A stretch of 60,486 bases of DNA. It comes from Clostridia bacterium. Its GTDB lineage: Bacteria; Bacillota; Clostridia; Christensenellales; Borkfalkiaceae. The position numbers were made by a program, and so were the translations under genes. The stretch is taken from the NCBI GenBank assembly GCA_029062045.1, contig JAIDQV010000032.1, positions 1 to 60,486 of the forward strand, written 5' to 3'. Of the stretch, positions 43,944 to 51,922 are shown piece by piece (within the stretch, counting starts at the first letter, position 1; each line of letters opens with the position of its first letter). The notes beneath the pieces are model-generated. The model searched no databases. It worked only from the letters and a program-made list of their open reading frames with translations, and was not told where the DNA came from.

Positions 43944-44972
43944 ATGAAAAAGGCAGTAACCATAAAAGAGATTGCGGAACAACTTAACTTATCGCGGAAT
44001 ACCGTTGCAAAAGCGCTGAACGGTCAATACGTCCCCGAAAAGACGCGCGAGCTGGTTTTGAAGAAAGCGCAGGAAATGAAGTACAAATCGCTAAATCTTC
44101 ACCGCATAGAAACGGGAAGTAAAAAATACCGTATACTTCTCCTTTCGGGCAAGCCGCTCAACAATATGAATTATTTTGTTACGCTTATCGAAGGTATTGA
44201 AAATTACTGCTTTGAAAACAATTACGAACTCTTTCAATACACCTATAACGATAATAAAATTCCCTTTCAAGAAGTTTCCAACTATATAAGCAATTTAAAA
44301 ATCGACGGGATTGTTGCCATTGAGTGTTTCAATAAAGACTTTATTTGCAAACTTTTGAATTTGGGCAAGCCTGTTTGTTTTAACGATTTTTCCGCCTCTG
44401 AAATTAAAACGGAAAAAAGCTACGATATAATAAGCGCAAACGACGCGCAGGCTATTAGTAGTATGGTACAAATTTTACATACTAAATATAAAATTACGCG
44501 ATTTTCCTTTGTGGGCGACAACAGGCATTGCCGTAGCTTTCACGACAGATATTACGGTATGCTTACCGGCGTACTTACCGTGGGCGCAGCGCATTCCAAA
44601 AGCGAAGATATACTTTGCAGCGATTTATCCTTTAACTACGGCAATCCGGACGCAATAAAGACGGAAATTCTCAAATTAAAGTACAGACCGGAATGTTTCA
44701 TTTGCTGTAACGACTTCGTCGCGCGCAGGGTATGTAACGCGCTGAAAGACCTGAACGTCAAAGTACCCGAAAACGCTATGGTAGTGGGTTTCGATAACGT
44801 TTCCGACGCAGTTGCGATGTCGCCCGGTATTACTACCTTTTCTATCGATAAAGAATTTTTAGGGCAGGAAACCATGCGCTTGCTTATTCAAAGGATAAAA
44901 ACCCCCTCTATTCCGTCCCGTATGGTTACCGTAAATACAACGTGTATTCCGCGCGATTCCACAAACAGATAA
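43944..44972 (+). CDS. LacI-family transcriptional regulator
   Basis: N-terminal HTH VTIKEIAEQLNLSRNTVAKALNG and a periplasmic-binding-protein-like C-terminal domain. Divergent from the fructan locus. Confidence 0.9.
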   Translation: MKKAVTIKEIAEQLNLSRNTVAKALNGQYVPEKTRELVLKKAQEMKYKSLNLHRIETGSKKYRILLLSGKPLNNMNYFVTLIEGIENYCFENNYELFQYTYNDNKIPFQEVSNYISNLKIDGIVAIECFNKDFICKLLNLGKPVCFNDFSASEIKTEKSYDIISANDAQAISSMVQILHTKYKITRFSFVGDNRHCRSFHDRYYGMLTGVLTVGAAHSKSEDILCSDLSFNYGNPDAIKTEILKLKYRPECFICCNDFVARRVCNALKDLNVKVPENAMVVGFDNVSDAVAMSPGITTFSIDKEFLGQETMRLLIQRIKTPSIPSRMVTVNTTCIPRDSTNR

Positions 44973-45106
44973 ACATCGTCTACCATATGTAAATTTTTAA
45001 CAAAAGTATCAAAATTCACATAAATTCTCTTATTTTTATACAAACAATCAAGACCTTGTGTTAAAAAATAACAGAAATTAAATTTGTAAAAATTTTTTTC
45101 ATGTTA

Positions 45107-45135
45107 TTGACTAACAAATTTTCATATGCTATACT
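45107..45135 (+). promoter_or_regulatory. Near-consensus promoter for a 34-codon ORF
   Basis: TTGACT-17 nt-TATACT. Confidence 0.5.
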
Positions 45136-45193
45136 GCTTGCGAAATCAAGAAAAACGCTTGGTTAAAACCATTTTTGAAAGGAGAGAAGCAAT

Positions 45194-45298
45194 ATGTACG
45201 ATTTTGAAAATCTTGACAACATCGAAATGATGGAACAGCAGAAAAAGAACAACATTTTCCTTGCAAAAGCAATTTTTGCTTCAATGTTAATGTTCTAA
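45194..45298 (+). CDS. Small ORF (34 aa) with hydrophobic C-terminus
   Basis: MYDFENLDNIEMMEQQKKNNIFLAKAIFASMLMF. Strong RBS (AAAGGAGAG), its own promoter, and a downstream terminator. Not in the supplied ORF track because it is below the size cutoff. Confidence 0.4.
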   Translation: MYDFENLDNIEMMEQQKKNNIFLAKAIFASMLMF

Positions 45299-45333
45299 AA
45301 AACGGCATAAATATAATAAGTTAAATAAACGTA

Positions 45334-45370
45334 AAAAAAAGCCCTTTTCTTATCGAAAAAGGGCTTTTTT
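45334..45370. terminator. Bidirectional rho-independent terminator
   Basis: AAAAAAGCCCTTTT-cttatcg-AAAAGGGCTTTTTT, between the small ORF (+) and the nitroreductase gene (-). Confidence 0.75.
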
Positions 45371-45408
45371 AATTGTAGTTCGGCGAAATAGAAGTGTCTG
45401 AAAATTCT

Positions 45409-46071
45409 TTACGCCCATTCAAAGTTCTCTTTGCCCGCGCCTATCTCGAAGTGGCACTTTACGATACCCGAATCGATTGTTGCACACACACCCGAAGCCG
45501 CATCCATTTTAACCTTGTTGCCTTCAAGCGAAAAGAAGAATTTTTGCTTGTTCATAGCTGTCGGCGCAAGCAAAGCGGCTTCTATTCCTTTAAGATACCA
45601 TTCGGGCGGATTGACCGCAGCCGAAACGTCTTCAAGCGTCTTACTGTTACGGCTCTTCCCCTGCGTTTCGCCGTATCCTACGGTTATGACAAGTCCTAAC
45701 TTTTCACCTTTATTAAGCACGTAAGCGTTTTTAACTTTTTTATAAGTGAGATAGACCCAACAGGTATTCAGTCCGAGCGTCTGTGCATAAAGAACGAGTT
45801 TTTCTCCGTAATAACCTATTTTCTCGTAGAAATCTTTACTGTCCTTCCCCACAAGCGCAATATAATTACTTGCATCCTTAAACTTGCCGTAGTGGGCGAG
45901 AAAACAGTCGAAGGCTTTGGGCTCGTCCGTAACAAGTTGTATATGCAAATCGCCTTCCCTATTGCATTCCTCAATCATAGCGTTCAGCTTTTCAAGCGTT
46001 TCACCCTCGATAGGTTTATCAATGTAGGAGCGCACCGAATGGCGGCTTAATATCGCTTCTTTCAAATCCAT
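45409..46071 (-). CDS. Nitroreductase-family oxidoreductase
   Basis: N-terminal AILSRHSVRSY motif; size and fold pattern fit FMN nitroreductases. Confidence 0.8.
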   Translation of the reverse strand: MDLKEAILSRHSVRSYIDKPIEGETLEKLNAMIEECNREGDLHIQLVTDEPKAFDCFLAHYGKFKDASNYIALVGKDSKDFYEKIGYYGEKLVLYAQTLGLNTCWVYLTYKKVKNAYVLNKGEKLGLVITVGYGETQGKSRNSKTLEDVSAAVNPPEWYLKGIEAALLAPTAMNKQKFFFSLEGNKVKMDAASGVCATIDSGIVKCHFEIGAGKENFEWA

Positions 46072-46089
46072 TTTAATATCCCCTTTAAA

Positions 46090-46935
46090 TTATTTTTCAC
46101 GAACCAACTCGACAATGCCCAGGCTTTCGAGAAGTTGCATATCGTCTTGCGAAATATCGAAATTCAGTTTGCAATTTTCTTCCATATGCAAAACGTTTGT
46201 GGTTTTTGGCAACGGCTGAGTTCCCAGCTGCAAATCGTATTTTATAGCAAGTTGCGGAACCGTTACTCCGTATTTTTTTGCAAGCCTGTTTACCGTTTCG
46301 TCCGACAATAATCTTCCCGTCGCGTTGGGGGAATAAGCCTGAATGATAATCCCCTGTTCCTTTGCAAAATTAATTGCTTTGCGCGGCGTATGCCCTATGT
46401 AACAGCGCACCTGGTTTACGGCAGGTTTTACCGAAGTATTTTCAATTATATTCAAAATATCGTGAATTTCAAAATTAGACACCCCTATGGCGCGTAATTT
46501 TCCGCTTTCGAGATATTTCTCCATTACCTTCCAAACTGCTACGTTTTCCTTTTCGTATCTGTGTGCAGGGCGGGGCTTCCTATAACAGATTTCGTCCCAA
46601 GGCATAGGCGCATGAATGAGCATTAAATCGATATAATCTGTATCCAACAGTCTAAGTGAAGTTTCAATTGCCTCGGCTGCGCCTTCTGCGGTCTTTATTT
46701 CGGCCTTTATTTTTGTGGTTATAAATATCTCTTCCCTCTTTATGCCGCTTCTCTTTATTCCGCGCCCTACGCCTGCCTCGTTGCCGTACACTGCGGCTGT
46801 GTCTATTTGTCTGTATCCGAGTTTTAACGCATTAAGCGTTGCCTCCTCCGCTTCGGTTTCCGACATTTGCCACGTTCCCAATCCCAGCTTAGGAATTTTT
46901 ACACCGTTGTTCAAAACATAATCTTCTTTTATCAT
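46090..46935 (-). CDS. Aldo/keto reductase (2,5-diketo-D-gluconate reductase-like)
   Basis: LGLGTWQ, YRQIDTAAVYGNE, LIHAP (LIHxP-type), and catalytic D/Y/K/H context. Confidence 0.88.
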   Translation of the reverse strand: MIKEDYVLNNGVKIPKLGLGTWQMSETEAEEATLNALKLGYRQIDTAAVYGNEAGVGRGIKRSGIKREEIFITTKIKAEIKTAEGAAEAIETSLRLLDTDYIDLMLIHAPMPWDEICYRKPRPAHRYEKENVAVWKVMEKYLESGKLRAIGVSNFEIHDILNIIENTSVKPAVNQVRCYIGHTPRKAINFAKEQGIIIQAYSPNATGRLLSDETVNRLAKKYGVTVPQLAIKYDLQLGTQPLPKTTNVLHMEENCKLNFDISQDDMQLLESLGIVELVREK

Positions 46936-46969
46936 AAATGCTCCGTTAAATTGAATTTTATCTGTTTAT

Positions 46970-47305
46970 TTATGTGGCATAATCTATTGATATAACTTCA
47001 ATTCTATCCCACATTTGTTTTAATGTAAACGTGCCGCTTCGTCCCATCTTGAACAATTTGCATTTTTCATCAAATTTATCAAGAAAACCAAAATGTCCAA
47101 AAATATGACCATATTCTCCTATATAATAGCTTTTTGTCAATCTAACATCAATGCGAACCACAGAATTGCCACTCGGCAAAACATCTATTATTCTTTCTAT
47201 GGAACAACATCTGTAATGAGCGTAATCCTTAACTTTAAATACTACTTTAATAATTGTCCCATTATTTATTCCATCTATGAATTGCTGATAAGATAAAGAC
47301 GTCAA
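46970..47305 (-). CDS. Hypothetical protein (111 aa), TTG start
   Basis: Open frame with GGAG 7 nt upstream of the TTG, and an extended -10 (TGcTACAAT) upstream. I recognise no motif. Confidence 0.45.
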   Translation of the reverse strand: MTSLSYQQFIDGINNGTIIKVVFKVKDYAHYRCCSIERIIDVLPSGNSVVRIDVRLTKSYYIGEYGHIFGHFGFLDKFDEKCKLFKMGRSGTFTLKQMWDRIEVISIDYAT

Positions 47306-47410
47306 TGAGTTACTCCGCTAAATTACTGTTTTTATCTGATACTTAGATTGTAGCATAAAAACTTAACAAATGGAAGCGTAAATATAAAATGAATTCCAAT
47401 CTATCATTTT

Positions 47411-47453
47411 AAACACAAAGAAGCACCCACATAATGTGAGTGCTTCTTTTTTT
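47411..47453. terminator. Bidirectional terminator
   Basis: AGAAGCACCCAC-ataat-GTGAGTGCTTCT flanked by T-runs on both strands. Confidence 0.6.
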
Positions 47454-47495
47454 GAAATCCGGCAACTACCTTATCTTGCAGGACGAAGTCGAACT

Positions 47496-47524
47496 TCTCA
47501 AAACAGTGGACACCCACTGTTTTG
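47496..47524 (-). terminator. Hairpin + T-run downstream of the 5S gene
   Basis: Minus strand AAAACAGTGG-gtgt-CCACTGTTTT. Confidence 0.5.
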
Positions 47525-47561
47525 CCGCCTGAGATAAGCGTTGCACATTATTCCGTGCAAC

Positions 47562-47688
47562 GCGATGACCGAGTACGGCGTTGCCCTTGCGCCGTGCGAG
47601 AAAAAACCCAACTACTTCTGGCGCAAGTGAGCTTAACTTCTGTGTTCGGTATGGGAACAGGTGGATCCTCACCGCCATCGTCACCGGA
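47562..47688 (-). rRNA. rrf: 5S rRNA (orphan copy; 3' domain divergent)
   Basis: The minus strand reads CCGGUGACGAUGGCGGUGAGGAUCCACCUGUUCCCAUACCGAACACAGAAGUUAAGCUCACUUGCGCC..., colinear with Bacillus/Clostridium 5S helices I-III. Compensatory changes preserve pairing (GGUGAG/CUCACU; CCUGU/ACAG). Helix I closes as CGGUGAC/GUCAUCG. The helix IV/V region does not match the usual ...UGAGAGUAGGAC... sequence. Confidence 0.7.
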
Positions 47689-47856
47689 ATGGCTCCGCTT
47701 GTAGGACTTGAAGCCATACCCTATGTGCATAAACCCTAAAAATATTGAATATTTGCCTGCATCTTAGCCGTTTTATTCAAAAATTTTGTGATTTTATACG
47801 TTATGTGCCAATCGTGTGCCAAAATTAAATGCATAAAGATTTCGACCAACTTAAAA

Positions 47857-47899
47857 GGCGGGAAGGTTTCAACCCCTCCCCGCCCTTTATTTTTTATTT
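47857..47899. terminator. Bidirectional terminator after the Shedu-like gene
   Basis: GGCGGGAAGG-tttcaacc-CCTCCCCGCC followed by TTTATTTTTTATTT (plus strand) or TTTTAAG (minus strand). Confidence 0.6.
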
Positions 47900-48003
47900 C
47901 TAAATTCTTGAAATCAGCAACTCCCAATTCTTCCCAAAATATTCCACAATTAACTTTTTTACGTAGATGTGTCATCTTCAAATAATAATCTATCTTGTCT
48001 CAT

Positions 48004-49182
48004 TTATGACAGCATTAAATTAATGTTTTTTAATCGTTGCAAAAGATCATCATAAGTCATAATATCAACAATATTTTTATGTTGTCGTTTAATTACTTCA
48101 AAATCAAATAGTTGATCAGATGCCATTTTATCACTTCGTCCCATTAACAACATACCTTGCGGATTATTTACAGTAACTGTAATTTGCTCTGGGAGCAGTG
48201 CCCCCAATTTACTATTTAAATCTTTTTCAAGTTTTTCTCCGCCATGATTTAAACAATAGATGTATTTTTCTATTTGAACTATAGCTCCAGAAAACTCTCT
48301 ATCTGCTATATAATTGTACCGATATTCGGTAGGAGTCATAGTATGTTGGCTTCCTGGTTTCTTAATTTCTAAAACATCTACGAACCCTGAAGAATCAATT
48401 AAAAGAAAGTCTGGTTTCTTTTTATGCCTACCATCAGAACCGATAAAAACTTCACGTTTCGCTAATATGTATTTGGGATACAAAAGTAATATAATTTCAA
48501 GGATTTTTTCTTGCCAATTACTTTCTATATATGCTTCTGGATTTTTAAGCATTTCTTTTAATTCTTCATATGCTTTTTTAAAGAAATCTCGTTTTAACTC
48601 ATTAATAATAATCTGTCTTGGGACAATATTCTTACCTCTTTTATTTAAGTAATTTTCGTAGTCCTCTTTAATATTACCCAAACCATCACAAAAATCTTTT
48701 AGTATATTAGCAATACGTACATTTGCATATTTTGTGAGTTCTGTTGTGTTTGGGAAAGTGGAAATCAAGCTTTTATATATTTGCAAAGGTATATAATTTC
48801 TTGGATTATTAACCAATTCTGAAGTAATATAAATGTCTGTGCTGATATTCTTATCTATATGTTCGATGATTGAAATATTCCGATAAGCGACAAAAAGTTT
48901 TTCATCAAATTTGATATCTTTAGAAAAATAGATATTATGAGTAATAGAGAACACATCATTATTTAACTTGATAAATTCACCTACAACTTTCCCAATCTCA
49001 AAAATATATTGGTCACCGATAAAATCTTCGTCAGTAAAATCTTTATGATACTGTTGAACAACCGTAAAAGTATTCTTAATAGTAAACGGTTCCTTTTGCT
49101 CCAATTTTTCTTCTATCCATTCATTTGTAAGCGGATAATAAATTAACAATAAAACTTCGTTCTCTATTTTAAAATTTATCAT
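48004..49182 (-). CDS. Shedu-like (DUF4263) PD-(D/E)xK nuclease
   Basis: 392 aa. The C-terminal motif KKPDFLLIDSSGFVDVLEIKKPGSQ (D-x13-E-x-K...Q) matches the Shedu SduA nuclease core as I remember it. The N-terminal domain is variable and AT-rich. Confidence 0.5.
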   Translation of the reverse strand: MINFKIENEVLLLIYYPLTNEWIEEKLEQKEPFTIKNTFTVVQQYHKDFTDEDFIGDQYIFEIGKVVGEFIKLNNDVFSITHNIYFSKDIKFDEKLFVAYRNISIIEHIDKNISTDIYITSELVNNPRNYIPLQIYKSLISTFPNTTELTKYANVRIANILKDFCDGLGNIKEDYENYLNKRGKNIVPRQIIINELKRDFFKKAYEELKEMLKNPEAYIESNWQEKILEIILLLYPKYILAKREVFIGSDGRHKKKPDFLLIDSSGFVDVLEIKKPGSQHTMTPTEYRYNYIADREFSGAIVQIEKYIYCLNHGGEKLEKDLNSKLGALLPEQITVTVNNPQGMLLMGRSDKMASDQLFDFEVIKRQHKNIVDIMTYDDLLQRLKNINLMLS

Positions 49183-49299
49183 AGTTTGACCCTCGTCTCA
49201 CCTATAAAACCAACTTACAATTTTTATAGCAAAATTGTTGCTAGTCATTTTTTATTTTATATTTCAATTACAATTATCTATGCAAGCCGTAGAAATTTC

Positions 49300-50859
49300 T
49301 TATATTTTTTTAATATTTTTCAACTGAAACTTATATCCCAAATTTATAATTTGCTGATAGGCGTATTTTATAGATACTTTACTAAAAAATGGGATATGCG
49401 GTCTTTCATTATGATATTTGTTGATTATACCTAATACAATAGTATAATCGCTGGCAGTAAATTCATCATCTAAAATATCATTGATGCCGTCGGCAACTAA
49501 TTTTACTTTAAAGCGATTTCTAAAGGCTGTGTCTTTTAATGCACTACAAGAATTTGTGGCTTGATTAAATAGGTGGCTGAGATAAGCAGACCCACCATTA
49601 TTTTTTATATGAATTAATGTTTTTTCAATAGCAACATCACAAGGTTCAATATTATTACCTCTTCCACCACCAATCGATATTTTATATTTGTGTATAAGAT
49701 GCGCATTAGGAATACTATTTACTAGTATTTGGTTGTAAGCATCCTCATCATTGTCGTTTGGACAATCAATAAATTCTATGTCAGATAGTGGTATTTTGTC
49801 ATAAGCATTGTTTATTTCTGCTGCAAAGTCAGAATTAATTCGATACCAGTTACCACCATTAATCGCATAAACTTGATCGTCAATTTCTATACTTCCAACA
49901 ATACATTTTGAAGCACTCCATTTTGCAATTTCAATGTTTTCATCCTCAGTAGACTTTGCGTATATATTTTTTGATTTTATCTGGTCAAAATCTTTTATTG
50001 TCGAGTTTTTAAAGCTGTCAACAAACACCTCGTTATCTATATCAACATATTCGGCTCTTTTATTTTGCTGCCCTGCGATATAAATACACTTAACATTTTC
50101 CCAATTTATTACTTCGGGTATTGCTAACCATATTTTACTAAAATCTTTATTATTCAATAACTCAACAACTTTGCTGTTTAGCTTATTTATCAAATATTTA
50201 TCTCTAACTAATTTAATATTGTCAAGCCATTCGAAATTGTCCTTATATGTTGTAAGGCTATATTTTTCATAACAATACAATAATAACTCATCAATATTTG
50301 TTACATTTTTTTCAATTACAAGATTAAACAAATCACCACCAGAAATTATAGCTTTTCCAAATTGCTCGTCCTCGCTTTTACCTGTAACGTATTTGATGAG
50401 ATCTCTATCGATATCAAACCCGAATTCACCGATATCACTTTCTCTTGGCATTTGTTCTTGACTTTGTTTATAGTTTTTACCTATATCTATTTTGGAAATT
50501 TTTCTAATTTTATTTCGTGCTATTGTGTTTAAGACAATTTTTAGACCAAATTGTTCCTCACAGACATTGTCTTTAAGTAAAGTTTTCCCATACCCAAACG
50601 TAATAGCAAAAATTCTTTCAACATTATTGGCTATGCTAATCTTTTTCAAAAATAACACTCGCGCATTCGCTGTTTTTAAGTGATCGTTAGTTAAATTAAA
50701 AAAATTTCTTAGCCATTCCGGTTCTCTAACATACGATGTATTATAGTAAGCAATGCTGTTTTCATCATAACTGTGTAAAACAGTTGCTTTCTCCACTATA
50801 TCATCAAAGGATGCAATATTTTCCTTAATTAAGTAAATAGAAAGGTTTAATTTAGACAT
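49300..50859 (-). CDS. Large hypothetical protein (519 aa), possibly of the sporadically distributed TIGR04141/DUF6119-type family
   Basis: Start refined to the ATG at 50859 (MSKLNLSIYLIKE), preceded by GGAGGAG. The family assignment comes only from recalled N-terminal pattern and length. Confidence 0.3.
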   Translation of the reverse strand: MSKLNLSIYLIKENIASFDDIVEKATVLHSYDENSIAYYNTSYVREPEWLRNFFNLTNDHLKTANARVLFLKKISIANNVERIFAITFGYGKTLLKDNVCEEQFGLKIVLNTIARNKIRKISKIDIGKNYKQSQEQMPRESDIGEFGFDIDRDLIKYVTGKSEDEQFGKAIISGGDLFNLVIEKNVTNIDELLLYCYEKYSLTTYKDNFEWLDNIKLVRDKYLINKLNSKVVELLNNKDFSKIWLAIPEVINWENVKCIYIAGQQNKRAEYVDIDNEVFVDSFKNSTIKDFDQIKSKNIYAKSTEDENIEIAKWSASKCIVGSIEIDDQVYAINGGNWYRINSDFAAEINNAYDKIPLSDIEFIDCPNDNDEDAYNQILVNSIPNAHLIHKYKISIGGGRGNNIEPCDVAIEKTLIHIKNNGGSAYLSHLFNQATNSCSALKDTAFRNRFKVKLVADGINDILDDEFTASDYTIVLGIINKYHNERPHIPFFSKVSIKYAYQQIINLGYKFQLKNIKKI

Positions 50860-50959
50860 ACAATCTCCTCCATTGTTCATTTTTTTAACAAGATAGAATT
50901 ATTATCTATTACGTTTCATGCTAAATCTCATTTCATTAATTTATTTTTTGCATACCAAT

Positions 50960-51622
50960 TTAATCAAACAATGTTTCATGATTTCCCATAAACTCCTTTA
51001 AAGAAGGCTCTACTTTTTCTTCCAATATCAAATAGACCTTTTTATACTCTTCTAAAAAGTACAAAGTTTCGGAGGAAATGTTTTGTGCATAATGAACGTA
51101 ATTTTGCTCATTGATTAGACAATCCGCTATAAAATTTTTAATATTCTGCAAAGCACTCATATTTTTATGCCCTGTTGTTAAATCTGCTACATAAGTGTCC
51201 TTACACTTATTTAATCGTACATATAGTTCATCTGATTCAAAACATAAATTCTCAATTGTGTCTATAAAGTCTTTTTTAGCCGATGTAACTTTTAACATAG
51301 TCGATAGAACAGATAAATTTGTGGTCATTTCATCCAGTTTATTTATTACATCTTCTATATTCAAGCTCCCTAAGCTACCGTCATTCCAAGTTTTGCTGAA
51401 ATAATTATATAAATCCACACCATATGAATTTACAATTTCAAAAACTTTTAACTTTATAGGCAATTCAGCAGATAACCTATTGCTTACCGATATGCTTTTT
51501 TGAACTTTACCATTGGTTTTTGCAATAATTACTGTAACAGCAATTAAAACCGCACTCATTACAGTACTAAATACAATTGAAATTATATTTGTTATCACTT
51601 GCGCATCGGCCGCTAATATCAT
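50960..51622 (-). CDS. Hypothetical membrane-anchored protein
   Basis: N-terminal TM helix (ITNIISIVFSTVMSAVLIAVTVIIA) followed by a helical soluble part. The second ATG (51622) has a GGAGGAAA RBS; the first ATG (51637) has none. Confidence 0.5.
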   Translation of the reverse strand: MILAADAQVITNIISIVFSTVMSAVLIAVTVIIAKTNGKVQKSISVSNRLSAELPIKLKVFEIVNSYGVDLYNYFSKTWNDGSLGSLNIEDVINKLDEMTTNLSVLSTMLKVTSAKKDFIDTIENLCFESDELYVRLNKCKDTYVADLTTGHKNMSALQNIKNFIADCLINEQNYVHYAQNISSETLYFLEEYKKVYLILEEKVEPSLKEFMGNHETLFD

Positions 51623-51774
51623 CAGTATTTCCTCCATGAAACTAAATCTATCTATTAATTATGACTTTTTAAATTTTACATTTTTTCGCATAAAATATAA
51701 TTTTTTGTCAAATTATTTAAACTTTTTAATCTCCGCTGCGGCCATCTTTGTTAAAGTGTCAACAATTTTTTAAA

Positions 51775-51809
51775 TATCAAAAGCGAGCGGCTAACCGCTC
51801 GCTTTTTTC
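51775..51809. terminator. Bidirectional terminator after the Type III R-M operon
   Basis: AGCGAGCGG-ctaa-CCGCTCGCT with flanking T-runs. Confidence 0.75.
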
Positions 51810-51897
51810 AATCCTCGTCCATCAAGTCGTAAAAATCTAATTCTTCTACCCAATCCCCATCTTCGTCTTCAGGACCGTAACTACAAATTTTCAACAT
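51808..51897 (-). CDS. Small acidic ORF (29 aa) at the 3' end of the R-M operon
   Basis: MLKICSYGPEDEDGDWVEELDFYDLMDED. GAGGTGG RBS. It lies between the res stop codon and the operon terminator. Confidence 0.3.
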   Translation of the reverse strand: MLKICSYGPEDEDGDWVEELDFYDLMDED

Positions 51898-51922
51898 AAC
51901 CACCTCGTTCAAACGCCTCTTT

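Noticed and set aside
47462-47545. Possible tRNA or tRNA-like element downstream of the 5S gene. It has a 7-bp outer stem (CTTATCT/AGATAAG) and a GAAG-TTCGA-CTTC T-loop-like hairpin.
   Set aside because: I could not fold it into a cloverleaf. There is no 7-nt anticodon loop (the central hairpin has a 10-bp stem and a 4-nt loop, and behaves as a terminator), the T-stem has only 4 bp, and there is no D-arm. I treat it as 3' processing or terminator structure. tRNAscan-SE or Infernal should confirm this.
47466-47730. Three overlapping ORFs (47466..47717 -, 47522..47704 +, 47548..47730 -).
   Set aside because: They cover the 5S rRNA-like sequence and its flanking hairpins. The RNA-gene explanation fits better, because compensatory base changes are conserved in helices II and III.
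47736-47985. ORFs 47736..47981 (-) and 47788..47985 (+) between the 5S and Shedu-like genes.
   Set aside because: Both span a strong bidirectional terminator hairpin (47857-47899), have no RBS, and give odd low-complexity translations.
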